Positions 1 through 9,649 of a stretch of DNA of 64,000 nt are shown piece after piece. Numbering within the stretch: the first letter of the stretch is position 1; the number at the start of each line of letters is the position of its first letter. Made by a program: the position numbers and the translations under genes. Below the pieces are notes generated by a model. It saw only the letters and a program-made list of their open reading frames with translations, was not told the origin of the DNA and ran no database searches. The stretch lies in the sequence record PV340856.1. One strand, 5' to 3'.

Positions 1-231
1 TTGAAAGCAAAGTTTTTGTGTCAAACAAAATTTACTCAAGATATCGAAAAATTAGTTCAGTCTTCTGATCTGAATTATATTGAAGCAATTATCACTTATT
101 GCGAAGAAAACAATATAGAGTTGGAGTCAGTAAGCAAACTGATTTCAAAACCACTCAAAGAAAAACTAAAAGTTGAGGCTATGGATCTCAATTATCTTAA
201 GAAAACCACTAGATCTCGTCTGCCTCTCTAA
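1..231 (+). CDS. gp33: late transcription co-activator gp33 (probably 5'-truncated by the window edge)
   Basis: YIEAIITYCEENNIELESVSKLISKPLKEKLKVEAMDLNYLK is the typical gp33 signature; lies directly before gp59. Confidence 0.85.
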   Translation: MKAKFLCQTKFTQDIEKLVQSSDLNYIEAIITYCEENNIELESVSKLISKPLKEKLKVEAMDLNYLKKTTRSRLPL

Positions 232-824
232 TGGAACCAGTCGAGGTTTATCAAACTTATTTGGCTTTTAAAAATCACTTTTGTAAAGAGAGCTACGATT
301 TTTTTAAGTATAAAGGTAGAGTATCTGCATCTAAAACTGGATTTAATAAAAGAAAGGATAAGTACTTCTTTGAAAGGATGTCAAGAAAAAGATCTGATGC
401 CGAAATCAGAGATTTTTTTCTGGCAAATTTTAGTCAATCTTCCGACCCATCTAAATTGTGGATCGGAGAAATTATAAAATCAGGCGAAGGTGTCTATACT
501 TCTTGGTTCTTTAGACAAAAAACTTTATTGAACACATTTCAGGTAGAATCTGAGGTGTTTTTAAGTCATAACTTCGATGATATCTTTAAAATAAAAGGAT
601 CATCTCATCCCCATCTCCTTAGAAAGCATATCCAAGGTTTACTTTCTATAGAAACCATGGTAATATTGGATTTGATTTTACAGTTTACGCATGAATATGA
701 TCAAAAACTCTTTGATCCTGTGTGGGAAACTGTAAGTCTCAAGATTAGGAAGTATAAACCCTTTCTAAATATTGATGTCAAAGACTGCAAGCGAATTTTA
801 AGGGAGACGGTTAGTTGTGAGTGA
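231..824 (+). CDS. gp59: helicase loader gp59
   Basis: YLAFKNHF...YDFFKYKG...FNKRKDKYFFERMSRK motif; T4-like synteny 33-59-x-32. Confidence 0.9.
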   Translation: MEPVEVYQTYLAFKNHFCKESYDFFKYKGRVSASKTGFNKRKDKYFFERMSRKRSDAEIRDFFLANFSQSSDPSKLWIGEIIKSGEGVYTSWFFRQKTLLNTFQVESEVFLSHNFDDIFKIKGSSHPHLLRKHIQGLLSIETMVILDLILQFTHEYDQKLFDPVWETVSLKIRKYKPFLNIDVKDCKRILRETVSCE

Positions 825-1158
825 TTTTTTCGATTCCCCAGTTGTTCGTTCCTCTATTGCTGAGATCAATGAACTTCAAGAAGAATTGGTTAGTGGAATG
901 ATGAAACGTGGGTTCAATAAACCCATAGATTATGATGAAGGAATGGAACAACTCAGGGTTATGAGATCCATTCTTGAAAAACAAAAAAACTTTATGTTTA
1001 GATTGAAACTGTCTGATGACCCTCAAGCACTTGAAATGAAGAATGCAATTCTTGATTCTGCTAAGATGCTTGGTATGAGAGATGACCAAGACATTGAAGA
1101 GTTCTTTGCGGATCTCGAACAAACCCTTGATAGACTCGAAAAAGGTCTTGACGAATAA
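817..1158 (+). CDS. conserved cyanophage protein (DUF1825-like)
   Basis: FFDSPVVRSSIAEINELQEE...KQKNFMFRLKLSDDPQA; usual position between gp59 and gp32 in cyanomyoviruses. Confidence 0.7.
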   Translation: MSDFFDSPVVRSSIAEINELQEELVSGMMKRGFNKPIDYDEGMEQLRVMRSILEKQKNFMFRLKLSDDPQALEMKNAILDSAKMLGMRDDQDIEEFFADLEQTLDRLEKGLDE

Positions 1159-1176
1159 CCCAAACACACGTATAAT
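1148..1176 (+). promoter_or_regulatory. sigma70-like promoter for gp32
   Basis: TTGACG-N17-TATAAT. Confidence 0.75.
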
Positions 1177-1221
1177 TAATACGTACAATACACACAATAC
1201 GAACAAATACGGAGAACACAC

Positions 1222-2115
1222 ATGTCTTTTGCCGATCTGAAAAAACAATCCCGCGCTGGATCTCTCACCGATAAACTGATTAAGAAGGTGGAGAAACTGA
1301 ATGAAAAGGGTAGTAATAATGATGATCGTTTTTGGAAACCAACTGTAGATAAGGCTGGTAACGGCTATGCAGTAATTCGTTTCCTCCCTGCACATTCCAA
1401 CTGTGAACTTCCCTGGAATCAAGTCTGGTCTCATGCTTTCCAAGGTCCTGGTGGATGGTATATTGAAAACTCCTTGACCACCATTGGAAAGGATGATCCC
1501 GTTGGAGAACTGAACCGCAGTCTGTGGAACAGTGGCAATGATGCTGATAAAGAAATCGCACGTAAACAGAAACGTAAACTGTCCTACTACGCTAATGTGT
1601 ATGTGGTTAAGGATGCTGCCAATCCCGAAAACGAAGGACAAGTTAAACTTTACAAATTTGGCAAAAAGATCTTTGATAAGATCACCGCAGCAATGCAACC
1701 CGAGTTTGAGGATGAAGATCCTATCAATCCTTTTGATTTCTGGAAGGGTGCTAACTTCAAATTGAAGATCAAACAGGTTGCTGGTTATTGGAACTATGAT
1801 TCTTCTGAGTTTGGTCGTGTCGAACCTCTAATGGATGACGATGATCAACTAGAAGAAATTTATAACAAGGTTGTTGATCTTAATGAGTTTACTTCCGATG
1901 ACAAGTTCAAAACCTATGATGCTCTCAAGAAGCGTCTAGATGCAGTTCTTGGACGTAAACAACAACTTCGTGCTCCAGAACCTGAAGTTGAAGAAGAGGA
2001 AACTCTTGAAGATCTCAGCGAAGGACGTGGAACTACTTCTGCAGAAGAATCCGAAACTGTAGATGATGATGCAGATGACGCACTCTCATACTTCCAAAAA
2101 CTTGCAGAAGACTGA
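1222..2115 (+). CDS. gp32: single-stranded DNA-binding protein gp32
   Basis: DDRFWKP..DKAGNGYAVIRFLP, WYIENSLTTIG, LYKFGKKIFDKI, acidic C-terminal tail. Confidence 0.97.
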   Translation: MSFADLKKQSRAGSLTDKLIKKVEKLNEKGSNNDDRFWKPTVDKAGNGYAVIRFLPAHSNCELPWNQVWSHAFQGPGGWYIENSLTTIGKDDPVGELNRSLWNSGNDADKEIARKQKRKLSYYANVYVVKDAANPENEGQVKLYKFGKKIFDKITAAMQPEFEDEDPINPFDFWKGANFKLKIKQVAGYWNYDSSEFGRVEPLMDDDDQLEEIYNKVVDLNEFTSDDKFKTYDALKKRLDAVLGRKQQLRAPEPEVEEEETLEDLSEGRGTTSAEESETVDDDADDALSYFQKLAED

Positions 2116-2130
2116 TAAGTCTGGTATAAT

Positions 2131-2157
2131 GAGAGGGTCTTAAGACCCTCTTTTTTT
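2131..2157 (+). terminator. rho-independent terminator after gp32
   Basis: GAGAGGGTC-TTAA-GACCCTCTT followed by a T run. Confidence 0.8.
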
Positions 2158-2829
2158 ATGTGGAAATATATTATATCTGGACTTATTCTTAGTGCCTCAC
2201 ATATCCCTTCAGTTGAAGCTAATCCAACGAAGGGATATTATACATATGATGCTATGGGTTGTATGTTGTTGCGGGAGTGTACTGATGGAGTCGATAAAGT
2301 CGAAAGTATCGCAACTATTGCTGATCAGTATCCCGATAGTGATTTTGATTTTGTTACTAACGAGTTCCACACAATGCTCGTTGCCCTTGATCAAGTCGGA
2401 GTTAACGTGTTTCTAGCAGATGAGAAGTATTTTCCTGTAGGTCATCGTGGAGTTTATCATACTGTAGGAAATAATTTCTTTCTGAATAAAGCATTCATGC
2501 ATCGTCCTGGTACGCTTATGAGTGTAATGCGTCATGAGGGATGGCACGCTGCACAAGATTGTATGGCAGGTACGATTAAGAACAATATGATTGCTATTAT
2601 TCACAATGAGGAAGACGTGCCTGAGTTGTGGCAAGAGATGGCACGGAGATCATATGCACTCACCCCTTCAGCAATTCCTTGGGAGAAAGAAGCAACTTGG
2701 GCAGGAAAGACCGAAGGTATGACGATGAAAGCATTGCAATCATGTGCTGACGGCAATATGTGGGAAGTATATGAACCAACACCAAAGACTAGAGAATGGT
2801 TGATGGAAAATGGATTTATGACCCAGTGA
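2158..2829 (+). CDS. conserved cyanophage protein, HExxH zinc-metallopeptidase-like, with N-terminal signal-like segment
   Basis: MRHEGWHAAQDC motif; hydrophobic N-terminus. Confidence 0.55.
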   Translation: MWKYIISGLILSASHIPSVEANPTKGYYTYDAMGCMLLRECTDGVDKVESIATIADQYPDSDFDFVTNEFHTMLVALDQVGVNVFLADEKYFPVGHRGVYHTVGNNFFLNKAFMHRPGTLMSVMRHEGWHAAQDCMAGTIKNNMIAIIHNEEDVPELWQEMARRSYALTPSAIPWEKEATWAGKTEGMTMKALQSCADGNMWEVYEPTPKTREWLMENGFMTQ

Positions 2830-3577
2830 GTCTAGTATTATATACTGATTTGAGATTACTTGATAGTGTTTCGGAAGATTTTATGTCATAAGCCATAATT
2901 TTTTCAATATCACTAACAAATGTTGGAATGTATGATTTTTTAGGAAGTACAATGATTCTCTTGTCATCATTTATTTGAGACTCAAATTCAAAATTTGTTA
3001 TTTCTCTAATTTTGACATTTTTAAGAATATTTCCGTTTTCGTCCCGTGCAGTGCCATTCTCGTCAACAGTTGTAGCATTAGGTATCTTTGATGCGACATC
3101 ACTATATGTAATTTCTTGTTCCCTTCCTGGATTTCTTTCCAAATAAGACATATCAAAATTTGAATCTACAATTAATCCTGCTGGAATAACTATTCTAGAG
3201 TAGTCATCCAATTGCTCTGATGTTTCATAATGATGAATTTCTCCAATTTTTTCTTCTGAACCATACTTTTCTATCAAATATTTTCTAAATGTTAGATCAT
3301 CCATGGGCCATTCATTACGAATGTCAATGATATTATTTGCTACTAAGATAACCCAATCATACCTGGAATCTCCATAATAAGTTTCCGCTAACTGATCTGG
3401 TCTCGTATCGCCAGGAATGTAAAAGTCATCAAAAGCATAGACCACGGAAGCCTGGTCTTCCCTTACTTTTACTCTCCTAAAAATGTTTTTTACATCATTT
3501 GTTTCTTGAATAGATCTTCTATCAAGAGATCTGGAAAGATATCTTATGTTTGGTAAGTATGAGAAATAACCAGCCAT
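2816..3577 (-). CDS. gp53: baseplate wedge subunit gp53
   Basis: YFSYLPNIRY, RPDQLAETYYGDSRYDWVILVANNIID..NEWP, IHHYET. Confidence 0.9.
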   Translation of the reverse strand: MAGYFSYLPNIRYLSRSLDRRSIQETNDVKNIFRRVKVREDQASVVYAFDDFYIPGDTRPDQLAETYYGDSRYDWVILVANNIIDIRNEWPMDDLTFRKYLIEKYGSEEKIGEIHHYETSEQLDDYSRIVIPAGLIVDSNFDMSYLERNPGREQEITYSDVASKIPNATTVDENGTARDENGNILKNVKIREITNFEFESQINDDKRIIVLPKKSYIPTFVSDIEKIMAYDIKSSETLSSNLKSVYNTRLTGS

Positions 3578-5169
3578 TAGTAACCTACGTCGAAAAGTCC
3601 GATTGGAGTTAAATCGCCCAATCCCCCTAAAGAAGAATCTCTTTCTTCGGGAATATTTTGAGTATAATCAGTATTGTATATAGGTTCAAGTTCAGAAAAT
3701 CTGAATGTTAGAAATACTTTAACAGGGGCCCCTTGGTCATAGGCCATCCATTGTTCACCAGGAGCGTAGTTAACGGAAAAACTCGTTAATGCACATGGTT
3801 TAAATTTATTGACATGTTTATTCAAAGTACCACCTGTCAAATATTGTAATTGGAAAATGTTTGGTGTTCCCAAGAAGAACGAAGATCCTCCTGCTTGTGG
3901 TCCTTGATTTACGTCTTCTGTTCCAGTTAATTTTCTTGGAGCTGACCATTGTTTAAAACATCTAATCATTGTAGTGATAGCCTGAGTCTCTACATAACTT
4001 CTGGCAACTAAAGTGTAAGCAAACTCAAAAGTTCTCAGTGTCACACCCCTGAACATTAGTTCTGCGTTGCTGTTGGAGATGATTCCACCAGACCTTCCTA
4101 GAATTTGATCTGCACCAATATCAAATCCCAAATTTGCACCTAACATACTAACAATATTTGCTCCAAGTGCTCCTTTTATGGCACCATCGCCATTTGCTAT
4201 CATGGATCCATAAACTGCCAATTTAGCTGCTGAACCAACTAAATTTCCGAGTCCAAGTGGGTTTAATTTCTCGACCACTCCAGCGCTCCCATACTGAAAC
4301 GCATTTTTAGCAATATGTTGAGCTGCTCCTAATTGAATATCTCCCATATAGTCAACTTCCCATCCCGCAGAAGTTCCATCTACAATTGAATTGGGCATTG
4401 GAAGTTTGATAGATCCCAATCTTTCTTTGAATGGACTAGTTCTTTTGATATTTCCTATGCTTGTTTCTTGGAGAGCATCTGCATATGGAGGTTTGTATCT
4501 AAAACAAGTTATTTTCAGTGCATCCTGATTTGGGTTCATATTTTGTGGATATGTCAGGATATTACCAGGATACCCATTAAGAAGAGAAGCATCAAGATTA
4601 GTATCAAATTTGTTTCCTTGTAAACCATAATCTTTAACTAATCCAAATAAACCTTCAGATTGTATTGTTTTTAAAAAATTTTGACCCGATTGGAAAAAGT
4701 TTTCATCAGAGGAAACGTTTGTTCCTTGATTAGATCCACCAAATAAACCATCTATACCATCTATCGCACCCTGTATGCCACTTGCAGATCCAGTGGGTGT
4801 TTGTCCTGGTGCTATGGGTTCAAGAACATCACTTCCAGCAATTTGCGCCCAACTAGGTATGGTTTTATTGGATTGAATGGCTAATTGTTTCGTTGCAATT
4901 TGTATTTTTCTATGAAAATCTGCTTGTTGTTGTTCTGTGAGTGTGGTGACCTGACTCTTAGACCACTCGCCATTTCTGTATAGAGGCTTGGCATCTTTTA
5001 ATTGTCTGCCTTCATTATCAATTGGAAACGCTCTTACTTGTGTAATTTTTTTGGTTGATTTTCCACGTCTATCTAGTGCATATTCGGCTATAATCACATA
5101 TTCCCTTGTCACACCATCAACTACTTGGGTAACAGGAGGTTCAACTTTTATTTTGCTTCGTGATGCCAT
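3577..5169 (-). CDS. gp48: baseplate tail-tube cap gp48
   Basis: NSNAELMFRGVTLRTFEF, FKPCALTSFSVNYAP, FSELEPI; synteny 4-2-48-53. Confidence 0.85.
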   Translation of the reverse strand: MASRSKIKVEPPVTQVVDGVTREYVIIAEYALDRRGKSTKKITQVRAFPIDNEGRQLKDAKPLYRNGEWSKSQVTTLTEQQQADFHRKIQIATKQLAIQSNKTIPSWAQIAGSDVLEPIAPGQTPTGSASGIQGAIDGIDGLFGGSNQGTNVSSDENFFQSGQNFLKTIQSEGLFGLVKDYGLQGNKFDTNLDASLLNGYPGNILTYPQNMNPNQDALKITCFRYKPPYADALQETSIGNIKRTSPFKERLGSIKLPMPNSIVDGTSAGWEVDYMGDIQLGAAQHIAKNAFQYGSAGVVEKLNPLGLGNLVGSAAKLAVYGSMIANGDGAIKGALGANIVSMLGANLGFDIGADQILGRSGGIISNSNAELMFRGVTLRTFEFAYTLVARSYVETQAITTMIRCFKQWSAPRKLTGTEDVNQGPQAGGSSFFLGTPNIFQLQYLTGGTLNKHVNKFKPCALTSFSVNYAPGEQWMAYDQGAPVKVFLTFRFSELEPIYNTDYTQNIPEERDSSLGGLGDLTPIGLFDVGY

Positions 5170-5663
5170 TACTTACTCCAAGAATATGCTCTGTGTTTAG
5201 GATACTTCATACCTCGTTTATCAATAAACTTCTCTGTAGGTAGAAGAGCAATATCACCCCAGTTTTCATTCTTTGGAATTTTATATAAACTCCCAATACC
5301 AGAAAATAAGTATCTATGTATAGAGTTTTTCGGCACAGTAACACCGCCCTTGCTATTTATTAAGCTTTTTGCAACTGCGTCTCGATAGTCTGGATTTATA
5401 TAATGTAAGTTTGCTCCCAAAAAACCATCTGAATAAAATTGAATGACGTATGATAGTGGTTGAACATCCCAGAATTCATATTTTTCTGGAAATTTTGCAC
5501 CGTATTGAAAGAATATGAGGTCTCCAACAGCAACTCCCCCAGTATCACTTTCACTAATGTCTGGATCTTGCACGGCTGATAATGCTGATTCTAGTGCAGA
5601 AATGTACCAATCTCCACTCCTTCTTTTTTTACCAGCTTGTTCTATAATCGTTTGTGCAATCAT
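5169..5663 (-). CDS. gp2: DNA end protector gp2
   Basis: GDLIFFQYGAK...WDVQPL...GFLGANLHYI motif. Confidence 0.8.
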   Translation of the reverse strand: MIAQTIIEQAGKKRRSGDWYISALESALSAVQDPDISESDTGGVAVGDLIFFQYGAKFPEKYEFWDVQPLSYVIQFYSDGFLGANLHYINPDYRDAVAKSLINSKGGVTVPKNSIHRYLFSGIGSLYKIPKNENWGDIALLPTEKFIDKRGMKYPKHRAYSWSK

Positions 5664-6097
5664 ATCCCCAGATCGTCTTCAGTCATCACTCTGAATTCAT
5701 ATTTTCTATCCGCACAGTATTCTTCTGCAGCTTTCCATTTAGCCTGATTGATTACCCAGTTATGAACATCATGAGCCCAGGATTTGGTTCTCTTTTTTGG
5801 ATTTTTTTCTGGCATTTTCAGTTGTCGTTTTGGTTTCACTTCAATTACAACTGATCTTCTTTTGCCTTCTCTATCAATATACTTGATAAAAAAGTCTGGA
5901 AAATATCTATGAATTTTATTATCAATGGGAGATTTGTACGGAATGATAATCTCCTCGGATTGCCACTGATGAACACTTTCGTTTAGATCGCAATATCTCA
6001 TAAATTTTCTTTCCCACAAAGATCGATAAATGATGTTAGTGGGATCCCCTTTGTATTTTTTTGGGTACTCTGGTTTATATTTTCCTTTATAAGACAT
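5660..6097 (-). CDS. gp4: head completion nuclease gp4 (start moved to MSYKGKY at 6097)
   Basis: YKGKYKP..PKKYKGDPTNIIYRSLWERKFM, HRYFPDF, IEVKP. Confidence 0.93.
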   Translation of the reverse strand: MSYKGKYKPEYPKKYKGDPTNIIYRSLWERKFMRYCDLNESVHQWQSEEIIIPYKSPIDNKIHRYFPDFFIKYIDREGKRRSVVIEVKPKRQLKMPEKNPKKRTKSWAHDVHNWVINQAKWKAAEEYCADRKYEFRVMTEDDLGI

Positions 6098-6130
6098 ATA
6101 CATAGTATATAAGATCATAAAATTATTTAG

Positions 6131-7051
6131 ATGAGCTTCATACAACAACTTCAAGATATACTTGGTAGCTCAGCAAAAGTAAATACTAATGATGCTACAT
6201 TTGCGTCTAGACTTCAATCACCATCAACAACCAACACCTATAAAATATCTTTACTTTTAGCAAAAAACTTAGGCAATCCTTCCGCTGATTTGAGTTCTTG
6301 GTTGACTAGTGCTGGAGTGTTTGATCAGTCTGACCCAGATAGGTTTGATTTTCTGTGTTCCGAAACATTTATTCCTGGAACAAACATGACTCCATTTGAA
6401 ACTTTTGGAGATGTTCAGGGAATGTATGAGTCATTTAGTGGTCCCAGAAGAGACATGGAAATGGCATTTACATTCTATGTAGGATCAGATTATCAAACTC
6501 TTAGATTATTTGAGGAGTGGGTTAATTATATGAATCCAATTTATGCTCCAAATGAACTTACCAGTGCCAGTCCTGGTGGATATGAATCTCATCTAAATCA
6601 AAGTGTAATGTATAGATTTAGATATCCATCTACATATAAGAGAGATATTGCTATTACTAAATTTGAACGAGATTATAGAGATAATATAACATATGCATTT
6701 AAGTCTGCTTTTCCAACAAATATCGAAAGTATCCCCCTTACATATGATGCTGGACAACTTTTGAAGGTTACTGTTAGTATGAGATATGATAGAAAAGTAA
6801 TCATTCAATCTCGAAAACAGGTCGTTAACAATCAAACATCTGCAAATTCTTTCCCCTCATTGTTTGCTGGAGATGCAAAACCTGGTGGCGTCAATATAGA
6901 TGCGGGCACACTAGTTGGAGAATTCCAAAGTGGTCCAGATACACTGACTCAAAATTGGTTAGTTAATGGTCAACTTTTAACCAGTGATACTACTTTTGGA
7001 TCAACTATAGTTACTGGATTTGATGGTGCAGAAGTCGGTGATTTGACCTAA
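6131..7051 (+). CDS. gp54: baseplate tail-tube initiator, gp54/gp19-like
   Basis: FLCSETFIPG, FTFYVGSDY..LRLFEEW, AFPTNIESIPL tail-tube-family motifs; divergent from gp4. Confidence 0.65.
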   Translation: MSFIQQLQDILGSSAKVNTNDATFASRLQSPSTTNTYKISLLLAKNLGNPSADLSSWLTSAGVFDQSDPDRFDFLCSETFIPGTNMTPFETFGDVQGMYESFSGPRRDMEMAFTFYVGSDYQTLRLFEEWVNYMNPIYAPNELTSASPGGYESHLNQSVMYRFRYPSTYKRDIAITKFERDYRDNITYAFKSAFPTNIESIPLTYDAGQLLKVTVSMRYDRKVIIQSRKQVVNNQTSANSFPSLFAGDAKPGGVNIDAGTLVGEFQSGPDTLTQNWLVNGQLLTSDTTFGSTIVTGFDGAEVGDLT

Positions 7052-7057
7052 TAAATA
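7051..7057 (+). promoter_or_regulatory. T4-type late promoter
   Basis: ATAAATA 25 nt before gp26. Similar motifs at 19004-19010, 22261-22267, 29566-29572, 33679-33685, 41725-41731, 52071-52077 and 53034-53040. Confidence 0.7.
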
Positions 7058-7081
7058 CTTTTATGAACTGAACTACTAGTC

Positions 7082-7804
7082 ATGCCTTTACCCAAAATTA
7101 CAACATCCCAATATGAGTTGGTGTTGCCTTCCACAGGCAAAACAATTAAGTATAGACCATTTCTTGTAAGAGAGGAAAAAATTCTAATCTTAGCTCTTGA
7201 AAGTGAAGATACTAAACAAATTACTAATGCTGTAAAACAAGTCTTAAAAGACTGTGTTATTTCTAGACTTAAGATTGAAGATCTTCCTAGTTTTGATATT
7301 GAATATTTGTTTCTGAATATTCGTGGAAAATCTGTAGGAGAGTCGGTAGATATCATTGTTACTTGTGGTGATGATGGAGAAACCCAAGTTCCTGTTTCCT
7401 TGCCCATTGACACCATCGAAGTCGATAGACATCCAGACCACACTCAAGATTTGGAGCTTGGAGAGGGGTATGTATTGAGAATGAAATATCCTACCATGGG
7501 ACAATTCATTGATACAAACTTCAATGTTAAGTCTACGGAAGAGGATGAAGTAGAAAGATCATTCAATATTATCTGTTCATGTATTGAACAGGTTTATAAT
7601 GAAGAAGATATGTGGTCTGCTTCTGAGTGTTCAAAGAAAGAACTAAGAGATTGGGTAGAAAGTTTAACCTCCGAACAATTTAAGAAAATTGAAAAGTTCT
7701 TTGAAACAATGCCCAAACTTCGTCATGAAATTAAAGTAATAAATCCCAAAACCAAGAAAGAAAATACTGTCGTTTTGGAGGGTTTATCGAGTTTTTTCGC
7801 TTAA
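7082..7804 (+). CDS. gp26: baseplate hub subunit gp26
   Basis: MPLPKI..PQYELVLPSTGKTIKYRPFLVREEKIL, FDIEYLFLNIRGKSVGE, LEGLSSFF. Confidence 0.93.
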   Translation: MPLPKITTSQYELVLPSTGKTIKYRPFLVREEKILILALESEDTKQITNAVKQVLKDCVISRLKIEDLPSFDIEYLFLNIRGKSVGESVDIIVTCGDDGETQVPVSLPIDTIEVDRHPDHTQDLELGEGYVLRMKYPTMGQFIDTNFNVKSTEEDEVERSFNIICSCIEQVYNEEDMWSASECSKKELRDWVESLTSEQFKKIEKFFETMPKLRHEIKVINPKTKKENTVVLEGLSSFFA

Positions 7805-7806
7805 TT

Positions 7807-7998
7807 ATGTCTCATATTGATCTTGAGGCATATTACCGAATCAACTTTGCTTTAATGCAGTTCCATAAATATTCTTTGACTGAAATTGAAAATATGGTTT
7901 CTTGGGAAAGAGATATTTACGTTGGTCTCCTAAGAGCACACATTGAAGAAGAGAATTTGAAACGCAAACAAGCAGAAGCGGCGAGACGTAATGCGTAG
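7807..7998 (+). CDS. gp51: baseplate hub assembly catalyst gp51
   Basis: YYRINFALMQFHKYSLTEIENM..WERDIYV. Confidence 0.9.
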   Translation: MSHIDLEAYYRINFALMQFHKYSLTEIENMVSWERDIYVGLLRAHIEEENLKRKQAEAARRNA

Positions 7999-9649
7999 TC
8001 CTATTACCCCACGAATAATGCCAAGAATATCTGGGATTCGTCCTGGAGCTTTCTTTGGTAGGGGTGCGGGTGCCTTTCAGGGGGCCACAGATTTTTTTGG
8101 AAGGAATAAGAAAGGAGTTGCTAGTCAGTCAAGGGTAAAGGCTGCTGGATCTCCACTCTTAGGTGCTGCACAGAATATATCCCAAGCTCTTGAACCACAA
8201 CAAGAATATGAGGGAGTTAATGTAAATAGAATTAATCAAATTGTAGAGAATAAAGTCAATAGACTCATTCCTAGGATTGCGGAGAGAGTCGAAACGCAAG
8301 TTAATGCTTTTGATCCAAATGAGTTGCTCTCTAGAATTTTTAGAGGAGGATTAGACGAACTCCAAAGATTCGGACAGAATTTGCAGAGCTTAATGGTTCC
8401 TCTGCAGAGAACTTTTGATTTTATTTTCCAGTCTAGAGATATATTATTAAAATTAATCGATCAATTAGCTACTGCTTCAAAGAATTTAGGCAATAGTAAG
8501 TCTCCTGGTATGGGACTTAGGGGACTCAAAACTCTTGCTCTTGCAGCCACTGCTGCTTATGCTGCAAAAATTACTTGGGATCAAATACAAAAAGCCAATG
8601 ACGAAGGACCTCCGCCACAGGGAGGAGAAATTAGTGGAACTCCACCCCCTATGGGAGGTGTTGAACAACAACAGTCTTTAACTGGAGGCGAAGAAATTAA
8701 TACTGAACTATTCAATGAAACTGTTGGAAAGTTTGGTGCTATTTTATCTGGTATTGAGAAATCTCTATATGGAGAAGAAAAAGGTTCTTCTGGCGATGGA
8801 ATTTCCCTTTCGCCTCCTGGAGAGTCCACCAGCATACCAGTAAGCCAACCAATGAGTTCTAGTGGTGGAATCACATTGCCAAATACCCCTCCAGAAATAT
8901 CTGCTCTTATGGATGCAGTTTCTGCTGGTGAAGGTGATGCAAATTCTATTCAAGGTCAGGGAGTAATTCCTGGAGTGAATTTAGAAAACATGACTATTGA
9001 GCAAGCTTTTCAAACTGGAGAGTCATATAGAGGTAAGGGAAAAACAACGACTGGTGCAATTGGAGCATATCAATTCCATCCAGATTTTCATAGAGAAACG
9101 GCAAAAGCTGCTGGACTTGATTTGAATAAAGATAAGTTTACGAAAGACAATCAAATGCGAATGATGAGGACATATCTAACTCAGGTATATTCTCGTATGG
9201 GTGGAAAAGGGGGTGAAGCTGGAATAGTAAAATCTATTCAAGAAGGAAATTTAATGTCTGATGTAGTTCCAAAACTCGCAGTTGATATGGGATGGCCCTC
9301 TCTCCCTGGTGGAAGTCAACCAAATGTAAATACTGCTAGTTTTGAGTCCACATTTAAGTCGGCATATCAAACTTATGCAAATATGTTGACCCCAGACAGT
9401 GGTGGATCTCAATTTAGGGAACAGTCCTCCAGAGAAATCGCTCAAGTTCCATCTCAAATGTTGACTGATGAAGATGTCCAGACCAATATCATTCCAATAA
9501 ATATGGGATCTCAACAACAAAGTCAAGATGGTGTACCAGATAAAATTCCCGATGGACAAGGTGCTACGATTCCATTTCTAGTTCCTTTTGATCAGTCCAA
9601 TATACATCTCATGTACTCCAGAATTGTTTACAATATTGTTGATGCATAA
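7991..9649 (+). CDS. baseplate hub/tail protein with a lambda-R-like (GH104-type) lytic transglycosylase domain
   Basis: ALMDAVSAGEG ... TGAIGAYQF resembles the AFLD.IA.SEG / TAAGRYQF motifs; position after gp51. Confidence 0.55.
   Translation: MRSPITPRIMPRISGIRPGAFFGRGAGAFQGATDFFGRNKKGVASQSRVKAAGSPLLGAAQNISQALEPQQEYEGVNVNRINQIVENKVNRLIPRIAERVETQVNAFDPNELLSRIFRGGLDELQRFGQNLQSLMVPLQRTFDFIFQSRDILLKLIDQLATASKNLGNSKSPGMGLRGLKTLALAATAAYAAKITWDQIQKANDEGPPPQGGEISGTPPPMGGVEQQQSLTGGEEINTELFNETVGKFGAILSGIEKSLYGEEKGSSGDGISLSPPGESTSIPVSQPMSSSGGITLPNTPPEISALMDAVSAGEGDANSIQGQGVIPGVNLENMTIEQAFQTGESYRGKGKTTTGAIGAYQFHPDFHRETAKAAGLDLNKDKFTKDNQMRMMRTYLTQVYSRMGGKGGEAGIVKSIQEGNLMSDVVPKLAVDMGWPSLPGGSQPNVNTASFESTFKSAYQTYANMLTPDSGGSQFREQSSREIAQVPSQMLTDEDVQTNIIPINMGSQQQSQDGVPDKIPDGQGATIPFLVPFDQSNIHLMYSRIVYNIVDA

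Noticed and set aside
811-1698. 295-aa minus-strand ORF
   Set aside because: Antisense to DUF1825 and gp32, whose codon pattern suppresses stops; no motifs
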